The translations under genes and the position numbers were made by a program. A stretch of 62,983 nucleotides of DNA, the filler included, from Hyphochytrium catenoides (lineage: Eukaryota > Protista > Hyphochytriomycota): NCBI GenBank assembly GCA_900088475.1. It is 16 parts of 16 records of this genome, joined end to end, with 100 filler letters (N's around TTAATTAATTAA, not from the genome) between each part and the next. Parts side by side here need not be neighbours in the genome. Positions count along the whole stretch, not along the records: positions 32,350 to 40,948 come from FLMG01003352.1; positions 41,049 to 45,882 come from FLMG01002974.1; positions 45,983 to 48,378 come from FLMG01001858.1; positions 48,479 to 52,209 come from FLMG01003351.1; positions 52,310 to 53,534 come from FLMG01002703.1; positions 53,635 to 54,973 come from FLMG01002258.1; 10 more parts are not named here. The stretch is one strand, 5' to 3'. Shown piece by piece: positions 38,246 through 54,096 of the stretch (the first letter of the stretch is position 1; each line of letters begins with the position of its first letter). Under the pieces are notes generated by a model. The model saw only the letters and a list, made by a program, of their open reading frames with translations, ran no database searches and was not told where the DNA came from.

Positions 38246-39202
38246 AGCGCTTATATACCGGAGTCTCCCTTGAACTCTCTCTTGATCTGCAGCTCCTGAG
38301 GAGAGAGAAGGTGTCCAGCCACCTCGATGCCTCCTTCCTCTCCCTCTCTCTTCTTCCTCATGAACTCTACAAGCTCCTCATGAGAAAGCTTGGCGATCGC
38401 CTGTTTCACAGCGTTGAATTGCTTCCCCAGACGCCTGCCTAGCGCCTAGAGAGAGAGGAAGAGAGAGAGAGAGTCAAAGGGCGAGAAGATTCTCCAGTAT
38501 TGGGAACATCTACTACGGTGGCTTTTAGAGAGAGGAGAAAGGAGAGAAAAAGAGAGAGGAACTGAGAGGAGAGAGAGAGGAGAGATACAGAAAGAGAGCT
38601 AGAGAGAAGACGAGCGCAAGATAGTGGAAAAAGAAAGGGAAAGAGGCAGAAAAAAGAAGAGAGACATGTTGTGCACCACAAAAACAAAAAAAGCTACGGA
38701 ACCACTCCAAACTGGGAGTAATCTTGGTGCTTCTCGTCTTGCTCTCTCTCTCTCTCTCTCTCTTTCTCCTTTGCTCACCCTTGCATCAGCCTCAGCTTTC
38801 AAGGTGCACCACTTCTTCTCATCAGTAGTTAGCGTGAGGGTCCGCATATTTAGCTCTTCCTGGATGTAAGGCTTCAACTCCTCCAAGGCTTTCAAGCGCT
38901 GGGTGAGGGAGAGAGAGAGAGAGCAGAGAGAAAGAGGGAGGGAGAGAGAACGAGAGAGCACAGAGAGAGGAAAGTCGAGAGAAGAAGAAGAAAGGTTAGC
39001 GAGTGCAGAGGTGCAATCTCTCCAGAGGAAAGAGACTAGACAAGAGAATAAGCCGAGAGAGAAAGAAAGAGAGAAAGAGAGAGAGCTAAACTTTAAAGCA
39101 GCTCTAACCGGAAAGAAAGGCACGGAGAATTGAGGAACACACCAGAACAGGGAAAGAGGGCACACCACATAAAAGAGCGAGAGAGAGAGAGAGAGAGAGA
39201 CA

Positions 39203-39238
<36 letters not shown>

Positions 39239-39438
39239 AAGAAGGATCGATGAGCACCTTCTCATCTCCAAAGACAACAATAACCTCCTTCACAGGCGTC
39301 TTAAGAGAAATGTTCCGTCTCTCTCTTGCGATTCTTCCTTTCTCAATCACAGCCTGCCAGAGGGGAAAAGAGAAGAAGTGTGAGCAGCATATTAAGTAGA
39401 CCTTGGGGAAAGAAAAAGCTAAGAGTGAGACAGAGAGG

Positions 39439-39471
<33 letters not shown>

Positions 39472-40547
39472 GGAGGGACTATGCGTTCGCAAACATCGAA
39501 GCCAAAAAGTCACTGCGATGCGAAGATGGCGCCAAGGGACTACCGAACAGCGTGACGTCGAGAGAGAGAAAGAAGGTAACGGAGAAGGAGAGAGAAGGGA
39601 GAGAGAAACCTGCAGAATCTTCATTCTCTCATCAGCTTCTGGGTCCAGCTTCTTCTCATCAAAGGAAGGGATGAGAAGGTAGTGCACACTCTCCGCCACA
39701 CCTGGAGCATCCACCGGCAGACCAGACTTTCTGGAAGAGACACAGAGATAGAGAGAGAAAGAGTCAACAAGGAAGAGACAACAAGAAAAGAATGAGAAGG
39801 ACCGAGCAGAAGAGAAATGGCAAACTAAACGCTTAGGTCGGAAGAGAGAGAGAGGGAGAGAGGGAGAAAGGAAGAGAGAGTGGCATGTTACAGAAAAGTG
39901 TTTTGCACACACACACAAAAAGAAGAAAGTGAAAGAAAGGAAGAGGGCGCTTCTCTCTCTTCCTCTCTCTCTCTTTCTCTTTGTGTGCTGACCCGAAGTT
40001 TGGATGTATGGTCCTGAGCTGCTGGTAGAGGAATTCCACGAAGAAAGGCGTGAATGGCGCCATCAGCTGCGTCATAGAAAAGAGAACTTGGAAGAGAGCA
40101 GAGAGCGCCACACGCGCAGCTTCCTCTCCTTCTCCTCCCTTGAGACGACGGCGGTTCAACCGGACATACCTTCCCGGGAAGAAAGACAGGAGAGAAAGAG
40201 AGACAAAGGAAGAGAAAATGAGAGAGAGAGAGAAATAAAGAGAGCGGTTAGGGAAGATATCAGCCACCAAACTTTGTATCTCTGAAACTGTATCTCTGGG
40301 AAGAGAGAACGTGAGCAGAATAGAGCAATTGTTGGAAAGGGACGAAAGAGAAACAAGCAGAAGAGATGTGGAGAAGTAAGATTCTCTAGAGAAGAGAGAC
40401 GAAAGGAGAACTGTGGTGGGAGAAGGAGAGACATAGAGAGGAAGAGATAAAGAGAGGAATATGAAAAGAGACACGAGGAAGAAGTGTATCTACCAGTTAG
40501 TTAGCTGCTCAAGGAAGCCAACGAGACGAGGAACGACTGTGTATAGG
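36437..40547 (-). CDS. IARS: Cytosolic isoleucyl-tRNA synthetase, C-terminal 10 exons (5' part beyond the spacer)
   Basis: LYTVVPRLVGFLEQLTNW|YVRLNRRRLKG, MAPFTPFFVEFLYQ, ESVHYL, ISLKTPVKE, YIQEELN and GLAREVTNRVQKLRKKAGL. The last exon 36613-36437 ends PWLWS*. Confidence 0.95.
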
Positions 40548-41112
40548 CTGCAAAGACGGGAGAAAAAGAGAGAGAGAGAGAGAGAGACTGTGTCAATCGC
40601 TTCTGTTACATCGTTTCCTGGCCTCATTAGTCTCCTTGTCTTCCTAGAACTTATCAGTTTTCCTCTTTACAAGTCGTCAATTTCTCTCTCCTGCGCTCTC
40701 TGATGATTCACTTCCCATTCTCCCTCATTTCTCCTGCTCCGGCTCCTATGACCTTCTTTCAAACGGATTCTCTCCTCAGATCTGTGTCTCTTTCTGTTTA
40801 AGTCCAGATTCTCTCGCGCTCCCTTTTCTCACCCTCTCCGTTGTTTTCTGTCCCTGTTTGCTTTCTCTTACTCCCTCTCCTCTCCATTTTTGGCTTTCTT
40901 TTTCTCTCTCTCTCTCTCCCTTCTTTCTTCTCTCTCTCTCTCTCTCTCNNNNNNNNNNNNNNNNNNNNNNNNNNNNNNNNNNNNNNNNNNNNTTAATTAA
41001 TTAANNNNNNNNNNNNNNNNNNNNNNNNNNNNNNNNNNNNNNNNNNNNCTGCCAGCGTCAAAGCACCCTCTTCCTGCATCACGATAGTGGTACAATTTTT
41101 GCTGCACTGCCT

Positions 41113-43535
41113 ACCTGTTATTGTTTAGAGAAATGAACTCGAGAGCTGCAAAAGATTGCTCTTCTCCCTGCTCCTTCCCCTCTTCCATCACTCTCCTCCA
41201 TGTTTGAAGAGGAGGGACTTCTTCGAGAGCATTTTGAGACAGGTTCAGACTGCGGAGCGAAGGAAGAAATGCGACGGAGAGGACTGTTCTCCATCGCCTA
41301 ATATCGTTGTTGGATAAATCCAGTGACTTGAGGCTCTGGAAGCCTTGCAAGACAGTCAGATCCTTGTCCTCCTCCTTCCTTCTCAGGGTTCGTAAGCACC
41401 CTTTATCTGCACAGGCTACGGGACAGGGTTAGTGACAGCTACTCATTGCAATGTGTGCAGGGGTTAGCGCAAAAAACAACTATGTCTTCAAGTCCTAACG
41501 CGCACGTCCCTAAAAAGAGTATACAGGGTCAAGAGCAGCTTGTTACAGCTCCTTCTATCACCTTTGTCGTTAAATCTGATAAACAAGTGAGGCAACATAT
41601 TATAATCAATGGCAGTACATGCCTCCAATTGGCCATTACCAGCTATGACACCATCGTCCAGCTCGCCGAGGTTATTTCCTGACACGCTTAGCTCTTCCAA
41701 TTGCGGAAAACTGTGCTCCAAGGCCAACAGCGATACCCAGTCGAGTCCGCAGCGATTTAATATGACGGCTGATTGTTAGCACAGAGATCCTTAGCGCTGA
41801 GTGGCGATCTATAAGCAGCATTGACGTGGACAAGGAGGGAAATAGACCAGGCGAGGTATGAACGTGCTGAATACACTTCCATTATTTACCTTTGAGTTGC
41901 TGAAACTGAGGTTGAAGGGGAACGGAAGAGGGAGAGAAGCGAGCCAAGCCTTTATTGAAGCTCAGGTTGACTCTTTCTACGGCTTTCAGTTGCTGAAGGA
42001 TCTTGAAGACCTGCAGCACCACCAGCATAATCAGTAAGACAGAGGGACCGTACTTCAAGCGCGCTAAGGAGTCAACACCTTTTAGAAAGAGACAGAGTAA
42101 GAGAGCAGAGGGAGTCCACGTGCCAAAGCGCTATCAATCCCATTCCAGCAAAGGTAGAAGTCTATACCTCTGTCCAATCCCTGAAGAGGTTGCCTTGGAG
42201 ACTTAAATCCATAATAAACTGAGAAACGGCAGCAACTTCTCCCTCTGGACCGGCCTTACATATCCCACAATTCTACAGAGAAAGGAGGAAGACTTGGGCT
42301 TGAGCATGCTTCTTCTTCATCTATGGCACTTCACCAGCTTACCTCCAGGGTGATTGTCCCGGCTTGTCCACGGTATTGTCGCAGTCTATTATGAGAAGCA
42401 ACATCAGACAATCAGCCCTCATTGATAGAAGTAAACAAGTGTAAGAGTGACCAAAGCAAGAGATGAGATGATAGAGAGGAGCAAATCTGCACACAGCGGG
42501 TCAGGAGTCAAAGGAAGAAACCATGGGCCGAACTTCATGCTGGCATACACCTAGCTGTATGGAGGAACCCTCAAGAATAGGAGAGGCGGACGAAGTGTCG
42601 TTACAAGGGACAGAGCACACACGAAGGGAGACTAGGATACGGGACTAAGAGAGATGAGATGAGGATAACTCTAGAGGATGACAGTGCCAAAGGAAGAAGT
42701 CAACTGAGGTCCTCGAACATTGCCCAGTCATACTTGATTTTGTTGACTCCTAGTAATAGAATAGGCTTCATCCCTGTCTTGGTGCTGACCTGCCCAGTAA
42801 TAGTCTGGTCATCCTTCTCTCCTTCCGCAGCCTCAGGAGGCTCGTAGCGTTCCATTAGCGCGGACATGAAGCTCCGCCCACGAGTAACGGCCTCAAGTCG
42901 GAGAAAAATGCCTCTGCCAGCCTCACACTGGAAGTATTGTACCTTGTTACCCTGGCGGTAGGGCATGCGCGAGGGTAAGAGAGACAGGTAAGGAGAAGAG
43001 GTGAGCGGCACTTCTAAAGTAGTGTCCAATGGCCAATGCAAGCTACACTAGGACTCGAACCTCCTCAAAGCAGACGAGCCGGTAAGAGGACTAAAGAGAT
43101 GTATGGAACCGGCAGCCACGCGGAGAAGATGGCTACGGGGGTTACCTCTTTATCGATTGCCGAGCCATCGTGCTTGCCTCGAGTAGAGTCATCAAACTCC
43201 ACGCCTACAGCACAGTCCCCAATGTCAGAGGAGCTGAGGGCGCAGACGAATGCGAATCAAGCTGTAGAAGTGTGCAACGAGGGCTCAAGGATGTCCGAAG
43301 TAGAAATGTGCGCGAGCGCTTGCCACCTACCAACCCAAATGGAGTTGGGATTCTTGGCACTGCACACAGGACCAACGTATCTGACCACGCCTTGGAAGCT
43401 GTTCTTGTCTTCTACTCTCTCTCCTATCTCCGGTAAGCTAGAAGAAGAGCAGTGTGTTAGTGGAGCGATGGCAGGTGCGCCGACGAGGGTAAACCAATCT
43501 CACGTTAGTTCACTCTCTGGCTGATCTGAAGACAT
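41113..43535 (-). CDS. TBCE: Tubulin-specific chaperone E (CAP-Gly plus LRR), 3' truncated
   Basis: IGERVED...GVVRYVGPV...WVGVEFDDSTRGKHDGS (CAP-Gly), FMSALMERY, then LRRs LEELSVSGNNL, LKSLDLSNNDI and LRSLNLSQNAL. ATG at 43535. Confidence 0.9.
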
Positions 43536-43699
43536 GGCTGGCAGTCCCACGCGAATTGGATGGGCCGCCTATCTGAGAAAGCGAAGCGACAGCAGGAGAT
43601 AATGCGCGAACTCGGTCGTCTCACTGCTTCACAAGCACTTGAGCTTATCAAGTCAGCCCTTGGCACACGTTAGGCCACCGCTCCCACTCGTACACCGTT

Positions 43700-45040
43700 C
43701 GTCAGATCTGCTACCACTGAGAGCCAACAACAGCTTGCACCTGGACACAGCTCTGCTCCGCTGATCCTTACGCTTGTTAGAGGTGCAGATGGCTGTCCAG
43801 GCCTGGTAAGCGGTGATCGTGCGGCCAGGTAATGCCCCATGCTGCCACGGACGAAGCCTCAAAAGCGCGATTTCCCCAGCGACCAAAGATCTGACACGAC
43901 AACGTTTCCTTCATAGGAGCTTGCAGTCATCCTCCCGGAGCTCTTAGAGCTCCCCCTGGAGCTGAAAGGAGCTCATGGAAGGGGTGATGGTTCGGTCTCA
44001 AGTCTCAAGAGCCCTTAGAAGGATGATGGAAGGAGGCGACGAGCGTGTGAAGATAATTGGAAGGAGGAGGGCGAGGAGGAGCGAGAAGCTTGGAAGTGGA
44101 CGTTAGGGAGGCGGCAGGCGGCAGTCCACTCCGTCGTACAGCTACTCCTCACTCTGAGTCGTCGAGCTGCCATACTAGCGCAGACACAGGCTGGCAGATC
44201 CCTGAGCGTTGAAGAAACCCTTGTGATTCGCAGCGTCAGCTCTGTGTGGATAGATGCTGCAATGGTCTGGCGTATGTACCAAAGCTGAGGCATCATTGAT
44301 GATGAAAGCCTTCGAAGTATCGTCTGAATAATCTATCCATACAGAGTTGATGCTGCGAATCACAAGCTTTCGTTCGAAGCTCGGGGATCTGCAATCTGTG
44401 TCTGTACGGAGCACTGCGCTGCGTGCTTGTAGACTTTGACCGGACGTGAAGGGCCATTCTCCCCGCGCCACCGCTTCAACCATCAACCAAAATTGTTGAT
44501 GGCTCTCTATGATCTTGTTTTCAGTCTCTCCAGTCTGTCCATGGCACGATATGGGGGACGAGGTGTAATGTGCCCAGCCCATAATCCTTTGAAGCGGATA
44601 TAGAGATGTAAGGAAGTCGTCCAGCTGCTCCTGAGTAACAGTCAGCGCCACTACGTAGAGAATCTGTAGGAGTACATAAGTTCAGGCTTAGAAGCTCCCT
44701 TGAAGTGGCAAAGAACAATCTGCTCACCTGAGTTTGGCTTGCCCTGACAAACAGGGCATCTTTTTACCCCCGTTACTAGCATCTGATGTACCACCTGACC
44801 GCGCTGCTCGGTAGGGACTGCCTCCCACCAGTCCCCATCTCTCACGTTGGTGACTATCAGGGCACGCTGCTGATTCCGTATAGCCTTCGCCGCAAGGATG
44901 GTCGGGTTGGTCGTAGCTGTCTTGATCTCAAGAGTCCCCACCACCATCCTTTTGCTTGTGCGGCTACCATCCCATGGCCAGGGCTTGTCTACTAAGGCAT
45001 ACATACCACAGTCGCAAGTAGCCTTCACCTATCGCACCTT
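43700..45040 (-). mobile_element. Decayed element encoding a YqaJ/lambda-exonuclease-like PD-(D/E)XK domain
   Basis: ATCDCG...VGTLEIKT...VPTEQRGQVVHQMLVTGVKRC fits the D..ExK..QxxHQxxVTG pattern. The sequence is intronless and broken by stops and frameshifts. Boundaries are approximate. Confidence 0.55.
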
Positions 45041-45982
45041 CTTCATGGCAGCAATAACCAACTTACATGGATGAGGCCAAGTTAAAAGAAAAGGTGCCAA
45101 AGTGAAAGTTCTAAAGTACATGTGGCGGTGTTGGACTTTCTCCATGGGCGGCCTCTTGGCTTCTTCATAAGAGGTGGCGACGTCCCCGGTGTTCTCCTGC
45201 TGCTTCTACTATCCCCTCTTCATTATTCTGTGAAGGCTTAGTAACCCGTGTTGATTATCCGAAGGCTTAGCGCCACGCTTTTTATTGGAGCGACAGGCAA
45301 CAGAAGAGGCTACCAGTGCAGATGAGAGAGTCTTCCTTTTCCTGCTGTATCCAACGCCTGCGGGAAACTAGACTGCCCGCGATCGCTGCCCGTCGGGCCA
45401 TGATCTTGGCGTTGCTTATCAGCCTTCATTCGGGCAGATGAATCGTAAGATACCCTTAGGTACTATAATGTATCGGGGAAACTTCTTATCAGAGACAGAG
45501 CCAAATCTCTCGAATGGATGGAGATTTTTTAATGAAAGTTCAAAGCTGATCGGATCAGTCATAAGCTCAACATTCCCGCCTTCAGATTGACGCTCAAACA
45601 CCTTGGGGATCATCTTCTATCGCGCTCTGCTGCAACTCGACCGTCAGGAAGGTCAAATCAAAGTGATGCAACTCCACAGTAGGGATAGACTATGCGCTCT
45701 CTGTACAGCAAGACATACGCTTCTAGCCCTTGTCCTCTTAACCAGACAAGCAAATCTAGCTCCTCACTCCTCTCTTCGCTGTCGTCCTACACTTGTTCTT
45801 CGCTCTGGCGATGGCAAGACCAGCACTATTACACTCAGGTACTTTGATAAAAGCTACCTTTATTTTACAAGTGGTCTAACTCNNNNNNNNNNNNNNNNNN
45901 NNNNNNNNNNNNNNNNNNNNNNNNNNTTAATTAATTAANNNNNNNNNNNNNNNNNNNNNNNNNNNNNNNNNNNNNNNNNNNN

Positions 45983-46244
45983 GTGCAGTGGCGTCAAGCT
46001 TGGCAATGCGGATGCCCTCAGCCTTTAGAGTCTTTGCAGCCTTGGCATATTCAGGGGCTAGAGACTTGCAGTGGCCGCACCACGGTGCGTAGAACTCAAC
46101 AAGGAGTGGAGAATGCTCCTTGATGGCATCCTTGAAATTGCTGTCGGTAAGAACGAGAACATCCTCGTCTTCTTCGATGTCAAGCCCAAAGGTGAGGCCG
46201 ACGAAGGCAAAGCTCAAAGCGGTGAGGAACTTCCACGCGACCAT
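45983..46244 (-). CDS. PDI: Protein disulfide isomerase, N-terminal fragment
   Basis: Signal peptide followed by VLVLTDSNF...[24 protein letters not shown]...IAKLDAT. Confidence 0.95.
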
Positions 46245-46454
46245 CCTGATGGAGAGCTCTCAGACTTCTCTCTCCTGAGAAATGTTTTTTATGTTTGGGG
46301 CTCTGCGCCTGACCAGAAAATTGTAAGTGATCTGATTCTTGACCAAGTCCAAGAGAGCGAGACCCAAAAGAGACAGAGAGCACTCGTCAGCCTGACAAAG
46401 GAGGAAGCAGGGATTGGCAAAGCGCCACTAAAGCCCTCAAACAAGAGGGAGAGT

Positions 46455-46507
<53 letters not shown>

Positions 46508-48478
46508 CAGCTGTGAGAGCCACAATCTGCAGCACAGCAACCGCAACAATCTTTCTGCCAAGTTCTGGAGTTCACTGCCCGTCTGTCTGCCCTTGGCTTC
46601 GACAGTGCATTGTGCGGCTGACGCGGAGGAGAAGTAGTAATATCCTCAGATTGTTAGATTCCATACATATTATTCCTTAATAAAATATAGTAGGATGGGT
46701 GGGGAAGTGTAAGGAAGGCTCCAAAGATGTTCTGTAACGTGGAGCTCTCACAGCCGCTGTACTGATTCTGTATATGTATCCTGATATACTTAAATAGAAC
46801 TAGATTGGTTTGGAATAGTGTCATGGTGCGCATTCCACTGAATGTGGGCTTTTATCTCGGAGGATTGTCCACATCGTAGGGTTCATTCTTCATAATCACA
46901 AGTATTACGCTTATGACAATTGCTATCTATGTCCCCTCTGTCTCATCTTTTTGCTGATGTGTACCCTGCGGGCCGTAACTCGCTCCACTCGTTCTCTTGA
47001 CGTTCTGGCTCTTTTGCCCTTCCTCCAATTCTCATTCTCTCTCGCGCGCGTCCCTCTCTCTGCCTGTCTCTCTCTCGCTCTGCCTCTGCTTCTCCCTCTC
47101 TTCCTCTCTCTTTCTCTCTCTTCTCTCTACTTTACTCTCTTCTTTCCTCTCTTCTCTCTTCTTTCTAGTCTCTGTCTCTGTCTCTCTCTCTCTCTTCTCT
47201 CTTCTCAGTCTCTTTCGCGCTCTCTCTCTCTCACGAGCCAGTGTCTGATGCTTTATGATCATTGATCTCTCTCGCTGCTCCCCTCTGTCTCTTATCAAAC
47301 GAATCTCTCTCGTCAGCCAAATAGTCACACCTCACACCGCTCTCTTTCCATCTCTCTCGCCAGCAGCAGTGTCTGCTTCTCCCCAACTTCCTGACGTGGT
47401 CAGACAGAGAAAGAGACACCAAGGCCAGCATCATCAGCCCAAAAGCAGCCTTATGGTTGACGTCTTTTCCTTCTTTCCACTCCGTGATCTCCTTCCCTTC
47501 TGATGAGACCTCCTCATCACTCAAGGAGAAGCTTTCCACAGAGGAAGAAAGTTCAGATGAGCTCGAAAGAAGGCTGGTCGCGGCCTCGACGTCGAGTCTC
47601 AGAAGCTTATATTTTCTTTTGGAAGGTTCTCTGTTTGCTCTCTGGTCTTTTTCTCTTTTTCTCTCATTAAGGGTCTCTCGCTCTTCTGCCCCTCTTCCCT
47701 CTCTCTTTCGCCAGCCCGCTTTGTCTTGTTATGTTCACCCCTTAGGACTCTTGCCGCCTTACATCTGATGCTCTCTCTCTCCTGCCGCTCGGTTGAGCCT
47801 TGTACGTAGCACCTTGACAAAAAGCTGAGCTACAGAGTACCGCATCCTTGCCACTAAGAGGTGCACGTATGACCTGACCTATCGACCACCAACAGTCCTG
47901 TCAGTCTGAGAGCACACAGCGGGATGAATGACAGAGCGGTTGAGTGTCTCCCTGCAGCACCGTGCCAAAGAGTGTCCAGCGGCGGCTCTCCTCTCTTGTG
48001 CTGCTTCTCCGGGTGCTGAACAAGCGACAGAGGGAGAGAAAGAAAGTGGCTGATGGGGAACGTTTCAAGTGTGAGCTGGTCCTCAGCTCCATCCTCACTC
48101 TAGATCCCTCTAGGATGACATTCTCTTCACAGACCACTGTGATGCCCTTCCCCTCCCTTGCAGCCGAGCTACTTGCCCATCAGCGACGTACCTTGGGACA
48201 TCTTTTGACTTCCGCTCACTTACTAAGCAATGGCCCAGTAAATGACAGATCTATGTAGAGGATAGGTCAAGAGATCGGTAGCTCTGAGAGTGAGAAGGGC
48301 AATATGTTAGCACAGCTCTGAAGAAGATTGACGGTGAGATGACAAGAGGGGACAACTGCGAAGACAGGAACAGGATAGNNNNNNNNNNNNNNNNNNNNNN
48401 NNNNNNNNNNNNNNNNNNNNNNTTAATTAATTAANNNNNNNNNNNNNNNNNNNNNNNNNNNNNNNNNNNNNNNNNNNN

Positions 48479-50980
<2,502 letters not shown>

Positions 50981-51218
50981 CGCTCACTCTCTCTCTCTAA
51001 CTGTCTCTCTTCCTCTCTCTCTCTCTCTCTCTCTCTCCCGATTCCTCGCTTAGTCAGATGCTTGTCAAGGGATAGCGTGTCTTTTGAAGATCGTTGCCGT
51101 CTGCGGACGTCAAGTTTCTTCTAAAGGTCTGTTTCTCCCGTGACCTGTACGCGCATCCGTCTCTCCCTCTCTCTCTCTTGTCCTCTTGCTGTCTCTTCTC
51201 TCTGTCCTTTCTCCGGGT

Positions 51219-51287
<69 letters not shown>

Positions 51288-51481
51288 TGTCGCCTCCATC
51301 CAGCTGACATCATCATCTCATTGACATCCTTTCAGGAACCAAGGCTCAGCCTCTAGGCGTGCATATTAGGTATCCCTCGTTCTTCTATCAGGGATAACGT
51401 CTGCTTGGTGCTACAATACTCTAAGCTTTTACTGTACAGTACTTTACAGGCATCGGAGACATTCAGAATGGGGCACATATA

Positions 51482-51529
<48 letters not shown>

Positions 51530-51887
51530 TTTCTTTGTCTCCCTTTGTGTCTCACTCTCTTCTTCCCTTGTTGCTCTCTCCCTGATTCTCCCATAGCAAA
51601 GAACTATTGCTCGTGCCGCTAATGCTCGTCTTCCCCGTGCTTCCTCCTCATTCTGTCATCAGCAGCCTTTCTCTTGCATCCTTTGTTGGGCCCTAACACC
51701 TCCTCTCTGCCATTGCAGCACCTCTTTCTCTCTTTCTCCCTAGCCTATTCACTCCATTTCCTCTTCTTCCAACCTTCTCCTGGTCATCTCTTTCTGATAT
51801 CTATTGTTGGGCTCCCAGGCACGGATCCCACGATATCCTCTGTTCTCTTTCTCTCTGTCTCTCTGCTCTCTTCCTCTCCCTCGCTCT

Positions 51888-51941
<54 letters not shown>

Positions 51942-52065
51942 TTCTGCTGCCTCCTCTCTCTATATATATTTAGGCCCCCCGCTTGCTCGGCTCCGGCTTT
52001 TCTTCCTCACTAGCGCCTTCCTCCCCTTTCGTCTCAGTCTTTCTCTCTCCTCTCTTCCGTTGAGT

Positions 52066-52209
52066 ATGGAGAAGGAAAACGGAAAGAGGATAGACGAGGA
52101 GGAGGAGAGAATAGAAAATGAGAAGAAGAGAGGCAATGAGTGTTTCTCTGCAGGGAAGTATGACGCCGCTGTAGAGCACTATTCAACAGCCATAGAGAGC
52201 TTTCTCTCT
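52066..52209 (+). CDS. TPR-domain protein, N-terminal fragment
   Basis: EKKRGNECFSAGKYDAAVEHYSTAIE is a carboxylate-clamp-type TPR. It is divergent from PLPBP and cut by a spacer. Confidence 0.75.
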
Positions 52210-52963
52210 NNNNNNNNNNNNNNNNNNNNNNNNNNNNNNNNNNNNNNNNNNNNTTAATTAATTAANNNNNNNNNNNNNNNNNNNNNNNNNNNNNNNNNNN
52301 NNNNNNNNNAGAGAAGGAGAGAGAGAGAGAAGGAGGGAGAGAGAGAGAAAGAGAGAGAGAAGGGAGAGAGAGCCTTGGGAAGGGTTGGAAACGAGAGACC
52401 CCAAAAACGAGAGAGAAAGAGTAACAGTAATTATCTCCATTCTTACGGAGGGAGAAGAAGAGAGAGGTTCCTGCAAGCGGTTCTCTTCGCAATGTTCCTC
52501 TCTCTGCAGACCGGAAGCTCCTTCTGTCTCTCGGAAAGTGCTCTTCTCCGCTTCTTGAACAGCCTGGGGAAGAGAGTGAATGACCAAGAAAGAAGAAGAA
52601 ATAGAGTAAAAGAGAGAGAAACGTGAGCAGGAGCAAAGAGAAGAGAAACAAAGAGAGGCCTGTTACTAAAGAAAAGAGTGCAAGACGAGGAGAGGGTTTA
52701 GTCGAAGGACTGAAAGAGAAGAGACAGAGAGAGGAAAATGGTGGAGAGAGAGAGATACAGAGAGAAGGGAGAGAGGAAACAAAGACCTAGGGAGGAGACG
52801 AAAGAAGGAATGGGACTTTTTATGCGGGAGGAAGCGTTCAGATAAACGATACAAGGAGAGAGAGAGAAAGAAAAAGAAAAGAGAGACAGACAGACAGACA
52901 GACGGACAGACAGACGGACAGACAGACAGAGAGAGGCAGAGAGAGGCAGACAGACAGACAGAC

Positions 52964-53009
<46 letters not shown>

Positions 53010-53659
53010 ATGCCAGCCTTGGCAGAAAAACTGGCCCTACCCTGGGCCCAGCACGGACGCCTCCTGTTTTGGGTCTGGAGAGAAGCATTCTTAAGCCTCA
53101 GATGATCTCCGCAAGTCGTGCTCTCTCTCTCTCTCTCCCTTTCTCTCTCTCTCTCTGCGTCTCTCTTATTTTCTCCTCTATACCGCCGCGCGCCTCTCCC
53201 CACGGGAAAGAGACCTTGAAGGAAAAGAGAGAGGAGGCCGTCTATGCCTTTCTCACACTCGGGGAGAGACAGGTCTATTCTCTGTGCTACGGAGATAAAG
53301 TTATACCCACCGCTTCCTTGGGTCTCTTGATGTTGGCTATGCGATCTCTCTCTTTCTTTCAAGGGCAAACCTGCGGGAGCATTGGAGAGCTCTGTATCTG
53401 AGGGTCCTCTCGCTTATTGGTTTCCTTTTCTCCTCGCTTTTCTCTCTGTCCCGTTCTCTCCCTCTCTCTGTCGCTCTCTCTCTCTCTCTCTCTCCCTGTC
53501 TCTCTCTCCCTATTTCTCTCTCTCTCTCTTTCTCNNNNNNNNNNNNNNNNNNNNNNNNNNNNNNNNNNNNNNNNNNNNTTAATTAATTAANNNNNNNNNN
53601 NNNNNNNNNNNNNNNNNNNNNNNNNNNNNNNNNNTAACGCTTCTGAATGTCTTGGTGCT

Positions 53660-53691
<32 letters not shown>

Positions 53692-53707
53692 CATAACTTG
53701 GACTTTA

Positions 53708-54096
53708 CCTGCATCGCAGTGCCCGCACACCGTCCCTCTTCCTCGGCTGTACCCTGGAGGACAGGAGGGAGGGCTCTCGCTCTTCATCTGACTGTCAGAC
53801 ATTGACTCTCTTGCTTGTGCTAAAGCTCTAGAAGATAAGATCTGCATCTCTCCCTTCTCTGTCTCGATGTCCAGCTGTTGTCTAGGAGGAAATGCATCTG
53901 TGGAGGCGCTGACTGGCTGCTGTCCATGCTCTGTCTCTCTTCCATTTGTTGCCCAAGGTAAGAGTGCAATCGAGGAACTACTGAGCAAATCTTTCAGCTC
54001 TGCGTCTGCGGAAAGGGCGCCATACGGAAGAGAAAGGAGAAGGACAGTGGCCAGCAAGGAGTTGAGCACCCGCCGGTCTCCTCCCCCGCCTGCCAT
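53708..54096 (-). CDS. Secreted or surface protein, first exon, with a Cys-rich GCC/ephrin-receptor-like repeat
   Basis: Signal-like LLATVLLLSLPYGALSA, then SCPPGYSRGRGTVCGHCDAG followed by a GTAAAG donor. Confidence 0.55.

Noticed and set aside
47231-48258. Possible minus-strand exons with a Ser/Glu-rich stretch and a hydrophobic tail
   Set aside because: No recognisable domain or consistent splice chain.
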